16,836 nt of DNA from an uncultured Candidatus Poseidoniales archaeon (GCA_964389655.1 CAYMED010000030.1:1-16836); one strand, 5' to 3'; positions 7,039-15,832 are shown, numbered from the stretch's first letter. A program made the numbers and translations. Notes: generated by a model from the letters alone, not told the origin.

Positions 7039-8534
7039 GTTCTTTCAGCCCTCCAAGTCTCAGGCATGACTTTTACCGATTCGGAGAGATGATGCAGATA
7101 CCAAAGCAATAGCCCCGTTAGTAAGATTATATGGGCGATTTGAGCCATAATTTGGATGCCTATGGAGAATTGTGAAAAGATGATTGATATCGATATCGAA
7201 GTTCCATTCCATAGGGCATGGCCGCACATGGCTATGAATAGGGCCAATATGGGGTTGGTGGGTAGAGGTATGCGACCTCGATTGTCATGATCCTCATATG
7301 GAATTCTAGAATCAATTGCTATGTCAACCGCACTTCCCGTTTTCGCATCAAATAGCATCCATGTTTGCTCGGGTTCATCTAGTGACTCATCTTGCTTGAG
7401 ACGAATTCCAAGTGCTTCTGCAGCGATCTTAGTCCTGCGGAGGTGTGCTTCTTGACGGCTTAACAGTGCACCGATTCCTAAGGCGGATGTAGCAGTCCAA
7501 ATCGCATGTCCAGGGATTGATCCGACTCCCCTGAATAGCGATGTCATGGTGAATGTGATGGGCCCTCCAGCCATTGAGATTGCGATGTATTGAAGATTTT
7601 CTAGCATAGCAAACCCCAGCCCCACACTAAATCCAATCAGAAATGCATGCCGCAATGAGTGTATTCGATCTCGCAACATCCAAACAGCGAGTGCCTTGCA
7701 TATTTCTTCACCCACTGGGGCTGAAATTGAAACAATCAATGCTTCTCCTAGAGTTGTGGCTGCATTTATTCCCATGGCCATTAGGATTTCTGGTGCAATA
7801 ATCGAATTGATGATGATCGCGGGAAATGTGGATAACATTCCCGCAACGAGTCCTGATACAGCGTCACTTTGACGCATTTTAATGCCAATTTTCTTTGTCA
7901 TGTGGGATAGCCAAGCAAGTGCTGGAAAGCTGAATCCAATGATCCAAGCAGGCCCAATTGCGAGTATTGAAATGAGGATTACGGGTAATGCAATGAAGAG
8001 AAGCGGATCTTCTGCTCCATTGGACATTGCTGAAACGAACAATAGTGTGATGAGTGCAATCACCACAGCAATCATCCCAGAAAATACAACCCAAAGAGTG
8101 CGGCTGGCTGGTATGTCTAGGGGACTAATATCTCTGATGAGGTGCTCGTATAGCCGAGTGGGATTTGGTGTGATCAGAAGTTGTCCATCTCTTAGGGCAT
8201 GGACCGTTCGTCCTTCATGATTTGGGCGCACCAAACGCAAATGAACAAGTCGTGGCCGATTCAGATGCATGGCCCAATGAATGGCTGGCAAGCTTACGAG
8301 AGCGATGATTGCAGCAATCATTGGTTCTCCTTCCCAAGCCATCAGTGCTGAGAAAAACAAAAATTGCTCAATGATGTAGACGAGCATGACGAATCCTATG
8401 CTCCACCACACTAATCTCCATGGTTTACTCACACGCCCAATTTGCAAATCAGATGGTGCAGGTGACAATTCTTCAGGAGGGATGATGGCATGAACCACTG
8501 GGGGTGGTGCGATGCTGCTATACCTTGGAGTCAT
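7035..8534 (-). CDS. prsW: PrsW-family (M82) intramembrane protease
   Basis: Motifs APVGEEICKA (EExxK), GFAMLENLQY (FxxxE), PGHAIWT and HALWNG (HxxxN), with multiple TM helices and a long N-terminal extension. Confidence 0.9.
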   Translation of the reverse strand: MTPRYSSIAPPPVVHAIIPPEELSPAPSDLQIGRVSKPWRLVWWSIGFVMLVYIIEQFLFFSALMAWEGEPMIAAIIALVSLPAIHWAMHLNRPRLVHLRLVRPNHEGRTVHALRDGQLLITPNPTRLYEHLIRDISPLDIPASRTLWVVFSGMIAVVIALITLLFVSAMSNGAEDPLLFIALPVILISILAIGPAWIIGFSFPALAWLSHMTKKIGIKMRQSDAVSGLVAGMLSTFPAIIINSIIAPEILMAMGINAATTLGEALIVSISAPVGEEICKALAVWMLRDRIHSLRHAFLIGFSVGLGFAMLENLQYIAISMAGGPITFTMTSLFRGVGSIPGHAIWTATSALGIGALLSRQEAHLRRTKIAAEALGIRLKQDESLDEPEQTWMLFDAKTGSAVDIAIDSRIPYEDHDNRGRIPLPTNPILALFIAMCGHALWNGTSISISIIFSQFSIGIQIMAQIAHIILLTGLLLWYLHHLSESVKVMPETWRAERT

Positions 8535-8591
8535 GACTGCCCGTAAGATGTCTAGGATGTAATTCTAAAATGAATCCTCCCATAAGGTTGG

Positions 8592-8655
8592 TCGCTGCTC
8601 AGCCCGCCCATCATTCGTCAGCGCATCCGCTTAGAGCGCGTCATCATTGCAGCAA
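8592..8655 (-). ncRNA. Archaeal box C/D methylation-guide sRNA; predicted target 16S rRNA C1402 (E. coli numbering)
   Basis: Minus strand: TTGCTGC-A-[ATGATGA]-CGCGCTCTAAG-[CGGA]-TGCG-[CTGACGA]-ATGATGGGCGGG-[CTGA]-GCAGCGA. It has a 7-bp terminal stem, perfect C and D boxes, a covarying C'/D' pair and 11- and 12-nt guides. The D guide is complementary to the conserved 16S sequence CCGCCCGUCA. Confidence 0.9.
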
Positions 8656-8669
8656 TTCATGATGTGCGA

Positions 8670-9680
8670 TTATTGAGATAGCCCTATCGGTTGCAATTTC
8701 TCGCTCACTTCATCATTCGATAGGTGCTTCTCAATCCAGGTAACAATCTGGTTGGAGAGCCAGTTCTTCTGATTGCGTGCAATAAATCCCACATGACCCC
8801 CACATTCGTGAAGAGATAGGGCAACTTCTGGGTGAGCTTCTATGCGATCGAAGTCAATCCCATTTCCACCTGCAATCGGATCATCCATTGAATGAATTAC
8901 CAGCAGGGGTGTTTGAAGCATGGTTAATGCCTCCATTGGATCTGATGCAGTATAGTAGGCATCAACATCGGTAAATCCATGCACTGGGACTGTGTAAATT
9001 CGTTCTACATCTTTGAGTGTTTGTATGCTTTCGACTTCTTTGATCGATAGTGCCCATGGGTGATTATGCGCAATCTTTCTCAATTTCGGCTTAATCGTAG
9101 AAAGGAAACCGCGTGCATACATTCCTCCCATAGCACGGAGAATGCATTCTGCGGCGAGTTCCAGTTTCCACGGTGCCGAAATGGCTGCAGCACAGCATAC
9201 CTCTAGACCTTCCCAGTGTCTCTGAGCAAGTGCATGGATGAGTATACTGGCCCCTAATGAAAAACCCACAAGTGCAACTTGTGATCCTGGATATGATTTT
9301 TCATGATGAGCAAGAATGGTTGTAATGTCATGTGTCCAACTTGCGTGGTATGTCCAGGGATGTCGGTGGTCAATTGTGCCACAAGACCTCCAACTAGGTG
9401 CTATCACACCCCATCCTTGTTGCATACATGCATGCATCATGCGAATATTGTATGGGGCTCGTGCAGAACCCTCAAGACCATGCAAAAGGATCACCCATGG
9501 TGCACCTTTGAAAGTGGGTTCGATTTGCAGAACTTCTAGTTGGTCACCATCTGGTGTTTCAAGACATGTTTCAACTGTTTCTGGAGGCGTGCGCCCCCGT
9601 AAAACACAGCCGATAAAGGTCTGAGCATGAGGGTTTGAGACACCTCTCGCCGGAACGAAGGATGGCCCATTCATTTCCAT
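8670..9680 (-). CDS. YheT/UPF0017-family alpha/beta hydrolase (esterase)
   Basis: Motifs NPHAQT, LHGLEGS, nucleophile GFSLGA, acid HSMDDP and catalytic His GGHVGF. Confidence 0.9.
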   Translation of the reverse strand: MEMNGPSFVPARGVSNPHAQTFIGCVLRGRTPPETVETCLETPDGDQLEVLQIEPTFKGAPWVILLHGLEGSARAPYNIRMMHACMQQGWGVIAPSWRSCGTIDHRHPWTYHASWTHDITTILAHHEKSYPGSQVALVGFSLGASILIHALAQRHWEGLEVCCAAAISAPWKLELAAECILRAMGGMYARGFLSTIKPKLRKIAHNHPWALSIKEVESIQTLKDVERIYTVPVHGFTDVDAYYTASDPMEALTMLQTPLLVIHSMDDPIAGGNGIDFDRIEAHPEVALSLHECGGHVGFIARNQKNWLSNQIVTWIEKHLSNDEVSEKLQPIGLSQ

Positions 9681-9726
9681 AATTGCCTCAGGCCTCCATA
9701 GTGTAAAAAGTAAACCTCCTGGTGTA

Positions 9727-10362
9727 CTATTTGCATTTGCTAATCAACGGGACGAAGCGCACGGGGAGCAATCTTTCAGTGGCCCAATTGCCATTGATCT
9801 GGCGTATCAGTGACAGTTCTTGGGTATCCTCTACACGCCCTAATGGTGCTAGAATCCATCCTTTCGGCTGCAATTGATCTTTCCATGGTTCAGGAACCGT
9901 TTCTGTAGCCGCAGCGCACAGAATTGCATCAAATGGTGCATGCAATGGAGACCCCTTTGTTCCATCTCCGATGGTCAATGAGGCAGGCATGAGACCGAGA
10001 TTGTGGAGTACACGCTTTGCCTTGTAACCAAGTGTTTTGATTCTCTCAATTGCATGCACTTCAAAACCGAGAGCAACAAGTAATGCAGTTTGCCATCCTG
10101 ATCCAGCACCAATCTCGAGAATTTTTGACCCCCTTGGGAGTGTGAGAAAATACGTGGTCATTTTTGCAACCAGAGTTGGCTGAGAGATCGTTTGTCCTTT
10201 TCCGATCGAGAGTGGCCTGTCTTCAGTAGCATGTGCTTGGGATTTTTTTGGAATAAACATGTTCCGTGGCGCTCGCTCAAATGCGGCAAGAAGGCGTTGG
10301 TCACTGAATCCAGCACCTTTCAGCACCTTGATCAGTGTCTTGTGGTCGTGTCCGTCCTTCAT
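9727..10362 (-). CDS. pcm: Protein-L-isoaspartate O-methyltransferase
   Basis: Motifs EDRPLSIGKGQTISQP, ILEIGAGSGWQTA, GDGTKG, APFDAILCAA and VRFVPL. Start re-assigned to the ATG at 10362 (MKDGH...) because the longer ORF start overlaps the divergent gene. Confidence 0.93.
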   Translation of the reverse strand: MKDGHDHKTLIKVLKGAGFSDQRLLAAFERAPRNMFIPKKSQAHATEDRPLSIGKGQTISQPTLVAKMTTYFLTLPRGSKILEIGAGSGWQTALLVALGFEVHAIERIKTLGYKAKRVLHNLGLMPASLTIGDGTKGSPLHAPFDAILCAAATETVPEPWKDQLQPKGWILAPLGRVEDTQELSLIRQINGNWATERLLPVRFVPLISKCK

Positions 10363-10450
10363 ACGCCAGCGCCACACATTGGTCCAAAGGGGGTTTCTTC
10401 CTCTTCTCGGTGGAAGACAAGACAATGAAGAAGTACTTAATCGAATCATC

Positions 10451-10807
10451 ATGGCCGATGCCTTGGCAGACCTCAGTGCTCAAATGCAGGCGTTTGTAGA
10501 TAAACGAAATTGGAAGCAATTTCACACACCTCGTAACCTTGCGACCTCGATATCAATTGAAGCGGCGGAGTTACTTGAGTGTTTTCAGTGGGATGAACTC
10601 AATGTTGAAGAAATACAAATGGACGCTGCCCGCTTTGAAAACATACGTAAAGAGGTTGCAGATGTGTTTCTTTACTTGATCCGGTTATGCTCGATTCTAG
10701 ATATTGATCTGATCAAGGCCTGCAATGACAAGATTGAGCTCAATAAGTTGCGTTATCCTGCAGATGAGTATTTTGGTTCTCCACGGAAAGCACCGCCGCT
10801 AGATTGA
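10451..10807 (+). CDS. MazG-like nucleotide pyrophosphohydrolase (dCTP pyrophosphatase 1-like)
   Basis: Motifs FVDKRNWKQFHTPRNLA, IEAAELLECFQW, EVADVFLYL and KIELNKLRYP. Likely start is the ATG at 10451 (MADALADL). Confidence 0.9.
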   Translation: MADALADLSAQMQAFVDKRNWKQFHTPRNLATSISIEAAELLECFQWDELNVEEIQMDAARFENIRKEVADVFLYLIRLCSILDIDLIKACNDKIELNKLRYPADEYFGSPRKAPPLD

Positions 10808-10868
10808 AGTTTCTGAGATCAACACTAGTTTGCTGCGAAATCAAATAGGGGTAACACAAGCGAAGGGC

Positions 10869-12596
10869 ATGCGCTCTAGAGTTCGGATTGCAGGAGCACT
10901 CTGCACTTTGCTTATTGCGTGCTCCTTTGGGGGGTGCTTTGGGGCAGATGACTCTGTGAATTTTGATGAGGCATTAGTCGTTGATGCACACCAATTGGCG
11001 GGTGGCTTTTTTGGAAATATCACTTTACATGCATTGGCTCCGATGTCAGTCCTAGTTCCGATGATTTTGCTAGACCCAGTCTCTGGCCTAGCTCAGAATG
11101 GCACAGTGCTCGACCTTGAAGAGGGATCAATCGTCGTCATAAATGTATTAGCCCCTCCGAGAACATTGGAAGTGCCTCTCTTAATTGCTGATCACGGAAC
11201 AACTGTCTTCCCAATCCGAGAGGTCAATGAGACGTGGGCTGGCTGGATTGCTCGTGGAGGCCCATCTAGTTCATCTTCACCCCGTGTGATGGCAATTGAA
11301 GCGAATGGCTCCTTACGCGCTCTCAAATCCACTAGCCTTGAATCAGGTGAAATCTTCACCAAATCACTTCCAATACATCGCCCACAGCACGATGGGCTTG
11401 GCGTATCTGAAGGGGGGCGGCACGCAATGGGTCTTGTTTCAGGACGAGATACCTATGACCTGCTGCATCATATTACGAATGCACAGGTTTCTCTCGACCC
11501 GGTCGATGGGGCTAGGGGTTATCTTGATCGTTGGGCAGGCCAAGGAAACCCCGCATACGAAGATGCGGCTCAATTTATCATCTCCGAACTAGATTCGTAT
11601 GGCTTGACCGTCAGTGTTCACCGATATGCATTTAGCGATCTCAATGAGAATCAAAATCCTGAGGCGTACAACATTTGTGGAACAAGAACTGGTATCTCAC
11701 ATCCAAATGAATGGCTCGTCTTTGGTGCGCATTTCGATATTGCACCACCTGCAAATGGCGTCTTACTCGACCCCCACTTTACTGGCGAGCGGACATATGG
11801 AACGCGTGTTGGCGCATATGACAACACGGCAGGAACTAGCATGGTTTTGACAGTTGCAAAGGCTCTGTCTGGATTCGAGACGCGGCGCAGCATCCTGTTC
11901 TGCTTATGGTCAGGGGAAGAAGGCGGAAAGCGGGGGAGTGATCATTGGACTGCATTGCATGTTGCAGAGGACAATCCTGAGGTAGAGGTTGTGAATTACA
12001 TCAATCTGGACATGGCTGGCGTGAATTGGCCAGGTGGCGGTGGCGCTCCACATGGTGATCCTAATCCCGAAGTAGATGATGATGGTTATCCAAAAGATTC
12101 CGATGTGTGGCCATTACGTGTCTACATTGGTCCTTCTGAGAATTGGGATGAAGTCGACCAATCCGGACTTGTGGGATTATCAACTTGGATTGGCACAGAT
12201 GATCTTGGCCTCTCAGAAGAGATTTCAATTCTAGTTGGTGGGGGTGACGGGCAGACTGAAGAAACGTGGAAAACGAGTTCTTGGATGGATGCTGGAAAGC
12301 CAGAAGTCATTGTGTATGAAGATACAACTGCTCGAAGTGACCACGCTAGTTTCCAGGACAACCTTGGCACTGCGACACTGGGCTTTGGTGGTCTTGTAGA
12401 TGGTTACTGGTGTTATCATCAAACATGCGATACGCTTGATGAAATGGAATCTTGGATGGATACCACTAACAAAAATTATGGTGATCCTCAGACAGGAGTC
12501 TCTAATCTGTGTGATAGCCTAGATGTGATTACATGGTGGGCAGCACTCTCACTCTTTCACCTGGATGAATCTCCTCGCATGAATGAGATCTCATAA
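10869..12596 (+). CDS. M28-family metallopeptidase, probable lipoprotein
   Basis: Zn-ligand motifs GAHFD, GAYDNTAG, GEEGG, INLDM, SDHASF and YHQTCDT. Signal peptide with lipobox-like FGGC. Likely start is the ATG at 10869. Confidence 0.9.
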   Translation: MRSRVRIAGALCTLLIACSFGGCFGADDSVNFDEALVVDAHQLAGGFFGNITLHALAPMSVLVPMILLDPVSGLAQNGTVLDLEEGSIVVINVLAPPRTLEVPLLIADHGTTVFPIREVNETWAGWIARGGPSSSSSPRVMAIEANGSLRALKSTSLESGEIFTKSLPIHRPQHDGLGVSEGGRHAMGLVSGRDTYDLLHHITNAQVSLDPVDGARGYLDRWAGQGNPAYEDAAQFIISELDSYGLTVSVHRYAFSDLNENQNPEAYNICGTRTGISHPNEWLVFGAHFDIAPPANGVLLDPHFTGERTYGTRVGAYDNTAGTSMVLTVAKALSGFETRRSILFCLWSGEEGGKRGSDHWTALHVAEDNPEVEVVNYINLDMAGVNWPGGGGAPHGDPNPEVDDDGYPKDSDVWPLRVYIGPSENWDEVDQSGLVGLSTWIGTDDLGLSEEISILVGGGDGQTEETWKTSSWMDAGKPEVIVYEDTTARSDHASFQDNLGTATLGFGGLVDGYWCYHQTCDTLDEMESWMDTTNKNYGDPQTGVSNLCDSLDVITWWAALSLFHLDESPRMNEIS

Positions 12597-12601
12597 ATTC
12601 C

Positions 12602-12628
12602 TGATTTAGTGAGATATCACCTAAATCA
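12602..12628. other. Inverted repeat (terminator or operator) downstream of the M28 peptidase
   Basis: TGATTTA-GTGA-gata-TCAC-c-TAAATCA: an 11-bp stem with one bulge, 5 nt after the stop codon. Confidence 0.5.
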
Positions 12629-12669
12629 TTATGGTATACACCGGTGGTCCAAGGTCAGGAGACGTTTTC

Positions 12670-12969
12670 ATGGTAATGAAAGAGGTATTCGGCGAAGGGC
12701 ACAAACAAGTACTAACAGGATTCGTATTATTCATCGTTGGTGCAGTAATGACTGTAGGAGCACAACAAGCGGGCTGGACAGGTTTTGATATGCTTGGTTT
12801 GGTGGTGCTTTTGCTGAGCGTAATGACGATAATGTTGGGTATGCAGGTTGAAACAGCAGCGAGCAAGGGAGCTACGGAATCATTTGACGTGGCTGCTGCG
12901 ATTAAGGAAATGCGTGCTGAATTGCATAGCACAATCGAAAAGATTGCAGGCAGCGATGGCGAGGAATAA
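12670..12969 (+). CDS. Small 2-TM hypothetical protein with C-terminal helical tail
   Basis: Two hydrophobic helices followed by an amphipathic tail. An AGGAGA SD-like element lies ~7 nt upstream of the ATG at 12670. Confidence 0.7.
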   Translation: MVMKEVFGEGHKQVLTGFVLFIVGAVMTVGAQQAGWTGFDMLGLVVLLLSVMTIMLGMQVETAASKGATESFDVAAAIKEMRAELHSTIEKIAGSDGEE

Positions 12970-13011
12970 TCGCCGCGATATTCACGTACCGGCTTGTTTG
13001 TTCGCCTCTTG

Positions 13012-13479
13012 ATGAGTGGTCGAGTGGTGCGAGGCGAAGCGGCGTGTTATACTGAAGTGTTGGAGTTTACAACTAGCGAACGCCGTGTAATCTTACCAAT
13101 CACGTCTGAAGTCGAGCGGGTTGTTCGAGAATCGGGTGTTGTCGATGGTCTCGTATTAGTCAATCCAATGCATATCACGGCTTCCATTTACGTGAATGAC
13201 CAAGAATCGGGTCTACATCATGACTTGATGGAATGGCTTGAGCGACTGGCTCCAGATTATGGGCTTGAGGGCCGCTCTGGGCCAGAATACCGCCATCATC
13301 TCACAGGGGAAGACAACGGTGATGCTCACCTCAAACGGCAATTATTGGGCCAGCAGGTTGTCATGCCAGTATCAGGCGGGCGCCTAGACCTCGGGCCTTG
13401 GGAACGAATTCACTATGCGGAATTTGATGGGCAGCGACGCAAGCGTGTTCTCGTCAAAGTATCTGGTGTCTCAACTTGA
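13012..13479 (+). CDS. yjbQ: YjbQ/UPF0047 family protein (secondary thiamine-phosphate synthase-like)
   Basis: Motifs [27 protein letters not shown] and [18 protein letters not shown]. Start uncertain (ATG 13012 chosen). Confidence 0.92.
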   Translation: MSGRVVRGEAACYTEVLEFTTSERRVILPITSEVERVVRESGVVDGLVLVNPMHITASIYVNDQESGLHHDLMEWLERLAPDYGLEGRSGPEYRHHLTGEDNGDAHLKRQLLGQQVVMPVSGGRLDLGPWERIHYAEFDGQRRKRVLVKVSGVST

Positions 13480-13995
13480 ATCCTCACAAGTTGTATTTCC
13501 GTACTCCGCGTGATCAAGGTAATCTGCAATTTCCAATATTCTCTTGGGGTTGACTCCTAGATCTCCAATTCCTAGTCGTGAACTTGAATGGATTTCTACA
13601 CTAGTTTGTCCTTCTGAGCATTCAATCCTAAAGTAGACATCATCTGGAAATCTCATCCACTTTGTTCGAACAACCCAATGTGATGTATTTCCATTTTCAA
13701 ATAGCGGCTCTCGTGCTCCTGTAAGTTCTGCCATCGCATCTTTGATTGTAGCACGAACGGTACTTTGATCTGCACTGATTAGCACACTTTTTCTCTGATC
13801 GGTTCGGTATGTGTTTTCGGCAATTCTAGCACAATTTAGTGATTTCTTCGGACATTTTTCGGGAAAATCATGATTGTCAGGTGCCTTCATCCGGCCCGTC
13901 ATCTCGATGAATATCAACAGTGTGGGGTATAGAAGGAGAACGATGCAAGCAAATACTGCGCGCTGGCTAGTCCATTCCATGGGTACACCATTCAC
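13471..13995 (-). CDS. DUF1499 domain protein with N-terminal TM anchor
   Basis: Motifs [20 protein letters not shown] and [18 protein letters not shown]. 4-bp overlap with the TopIB stop. Confidence 0.88.
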   Translation of the reverse strand: MNGVPMEWTSQRAVFACIVLLLYPTLLIFIEMTGRMKAPDNHDFPEKCPKKSLNCARIAENTYRTDQRKSVLISADQSTVRATIKDAMAELTGAREPLFENGNTSHWVVRTKWMRFPDDVYFRIECSEGQTSVEIHSSSRLGIGDLGVNPKRILEIADYLDHAEYGNTTCEDSS

Positions 13996-15230
13996 AAAGC
14001 ATTGAGATAATGCAGGACTGTGCTTTCAGCATTGCTTAAGCCACCTTTTCGTTCCTTCTTTGCCGACTTCTTCCATCTTGCAGCAAACCGTTCTTCGATG
14101 AAATCATCCATTAGGGCAGGGTGTATGTAACTTGACCGGCATACGGTTCGAGTATTGCCTAGGTCTCCAGCTACGGTATCAATTAGCGCAAGAAGTGCTT
14201 TTTGGCGTGCCTTTTTTGTAGCAAGTGGTATTTTCTGGTCTTTGACGGCCTTTTGCAGAGCTTCAGGGCGTTTGAATTGAGTGATCCAGTCGCTTAGTAT
14301 CTCTCCTTCACGTTCATCTAGAAGCTCCGAAATACGCGCACCCGTCTTTGCAGTTGCAGCCCACGTTCGAAAATCTTTAGCCGTGTACCCTTGTCCAGTT
14401 ACTTCTCGAATGTAAGCATTGATGTGTTCGGCTTTGATATCGTAATCTTTCCCCGAATTATCTGTATAACGAAAGAGATCTTCCTCGTCGTCATCTCTGC
14501 CGACTTTTCCAGAAAGCTCAATTAATTCTGCAAGGTCATCTTCTAGAATACGCACATTCCACTCTTTTCCAGATTTCCCTGTAAATGAGAATATGGCGTC
14601 TAATTCCCCCTCTGCATCTTTTGAGCGATCAATTTTCATGTGGCCCTCCTTGAGAGTTGTTAAGCCATAGGAGTCATTTTTCCTTGCATATTCGTCACTT
14701 CCAACCCGGATGTGATACAAATCCATGAGTCGGACAACTAATGCCACAACTTTTTCTTGATGCATTGCAAAATTGCTGGCATCATTGTTGCTACCACCAG
14801 CCGAGTTGAGGTCCTTCGAGAGTTGTGCGCGAAGAGTTGGAAGAACATCTGCAAATCCAGTGATGCCGTCATATTTCATTGCCGCTTTGACTGCGGTCCA
14901 ATCAGGGTGATAGCGATACTGCTTGCGGCCTTTTGTATCTGATCCGAGTGCTTGAAGATGCCCTCTAGGGTCAGGGCAGATCCATACATCTGCCCAAGCA
15001 GGGGGTATGGCAAGTGCATTGATGCGCTCTATTTCGCTTTTGTCTGAGATCAATTTCCCGTTTGGAAGGGTATACTTCCAAACCAAAGGCTCATCTTTAG
15101 CATGCTTTTCCCCTTTTCGGGTAATTCCAACAACACGAGGGTCGGTTCGTGTTAGATTCGCCCTACGAAGCGCTTCGTCTGCATCGGCCTCCATAAACTT
15201 GGCAAGTGGCCGTAGGTCCTTCAACGTCAC
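13992..15230 (-). CDS. DNA topoisomerase IB, bacterial/poxviral-like short type
   Basis: Motifs LAIPPAWADVWIC, GHLQALGSDTKGRKQYRYHPDW, IRVGSDEY, YGLTTL, FTGKSGKEW, TAKDFRTW and LGNTRTVCRSSYIHP. The full R-K-R-N-Y catalytic pentad is present. GTG start with AGGT upstream. Confidence 0.95.
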   Translation of the reverse strand: MTLKDLRPLAKFMEADADEALRRANLTRTDPRVVGITRKGEKHAKDEPLVWKYTLPNGKLISDKSEIERINALAIPPAWADVWICPDPRGHLQALGSDTKGRKQYRYHPDWTAVKAAMKYDGITGFADVLPTLRAQLSKDLNSAGGSNNDASNFAMHQEKVVALVVRLMDLYHIRVGSDEYARKNDSYGLTTLKEGHMKIDRSKDAEGELDAIFSFTGKSGKEWNVRILEDDLAELIELSGKVGRDDDEEDLFRYTDNSGKDYDIKAEHINAYIREVTGQGYTAKDFRTWAATAKTGARISELLDEREGEILSDWITQFKRPEALQKAVKDQKIPLATKKARQKALLALIDTVAGDLGNTRTVCRSSYIHPALMDDFIEERFAARWKKSAKKERKGGLSNAESTVLHYLNAL

Positions 15231-15249
15231 GTTACCTGATTTTCATTAT

Positions 15250-15744
15250 TCAGTGATGATGTCCACCTGGGCCGTGTGCATGGCCGTGGGAGATCTCGTC
15301 ATCTGTTGCATCACGGAGTTCGACGAGTTCAACTTCAAATGTCAATTTCTTTCCAGCCAATTTATGATTCATATCAATGGTTACTTCTTCATCTCCAATA
15401 TCAGTAACTACAACTGGAATTCCCTGTCCCTCCTCTGTCATTGCCATAAGTTCACTACCGATTTCAATATCGTCTGGAAATAGCGACTTTGAACCCGTCT
15501 GCATGGCGTCATCATCTCGAGCACCATACGCACGTTCAGCATCTAGTGTGAATATTCTACTCTCTCCTACACTAGCACCCATCATTTCCTCTTCGAAGCC
15601 CGGAATCATTTGGCCATGCCCAACAAGAAATTGAAGTGGTTCCCCGCCTTTACTTGTGTCGAATTCATCGTTGTTTTCATCAGGTAGCGTGCCTGTATAG
15701 TGCACGCTTGCAACCATGTCTTTGCCCATTGTCTTGTCACTCAT
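15250..15744 (-). CDS. slyD: FKBP-type peptidyl-prolyl isomerase SlyD with His-rich tail
   Basis: Motifs VHYTGTL, FLVGHGQMIPGFEE and DMNHKLAGKKLTFEVE, with C-terminal HGHAHGPGGHHH. Confidence 0.95.
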   Translation of the reverse strand: MSDKTMGKDMVASVHYTGTLPDENNDEFDTSKGGEPLQFLVGHGQMIPGFEEEMMGASVGESRIFTLDAERAYGARDDDAMQTGSKSLFPDDIEIGSELMAMTEEGQGIPVVVTDIGDEEVTIDMNHKLAGKKLTFEVELVELRDATDDEISHGHAHGPGGHHH

Positions 15745-15832
15745 GGGTCAATCCCAGAAGGATGAGGTACATGATGACGTAGGGTTTCTCGATAAATGTG
15801 ATTACTCGATTGACAAGTCGATATGTCTTCCT

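Noticed and set aside
3965-8220. Long shadow ORFs (e.g. 3977-4417, 5870-6400, 6425-7069, 7882-8220)
   Set aside because: They lie antisense to, or out of frame within, well-supported membrane-protein genes and have no motifs.
8599-8647. Alternative sRNA parse using CTGA (8621-8618) as D' and ATGATGG as C'
   Set aside because: It gives 19- and 5-nt guides. The chosen parse gives canonical 11/12-nt guides, compensatory C'/D' pairing and an exact hit on a known modified rRNA site.
10259-10452. Overlapping N-terminal extensions of the pcm and MazG ORFs
   Set aside because: Family homology begins at the downstream ATGs (10362 minus, 10451 plus), leaving a normal divergent intergenic gap.
13992-15230. 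TopIB as a phage integrase or mobile-element marker
   Set aside because: The motifs are TopIB-specific, and no att sites, tRNA, phage or transposase genes are nearby.
15771-15821. Plus-strand ATGATGA C-box-like motif upstream of slyD
   Set aside because: No CTGA D box or terminal stem; more likely part of the slyD promoter region.
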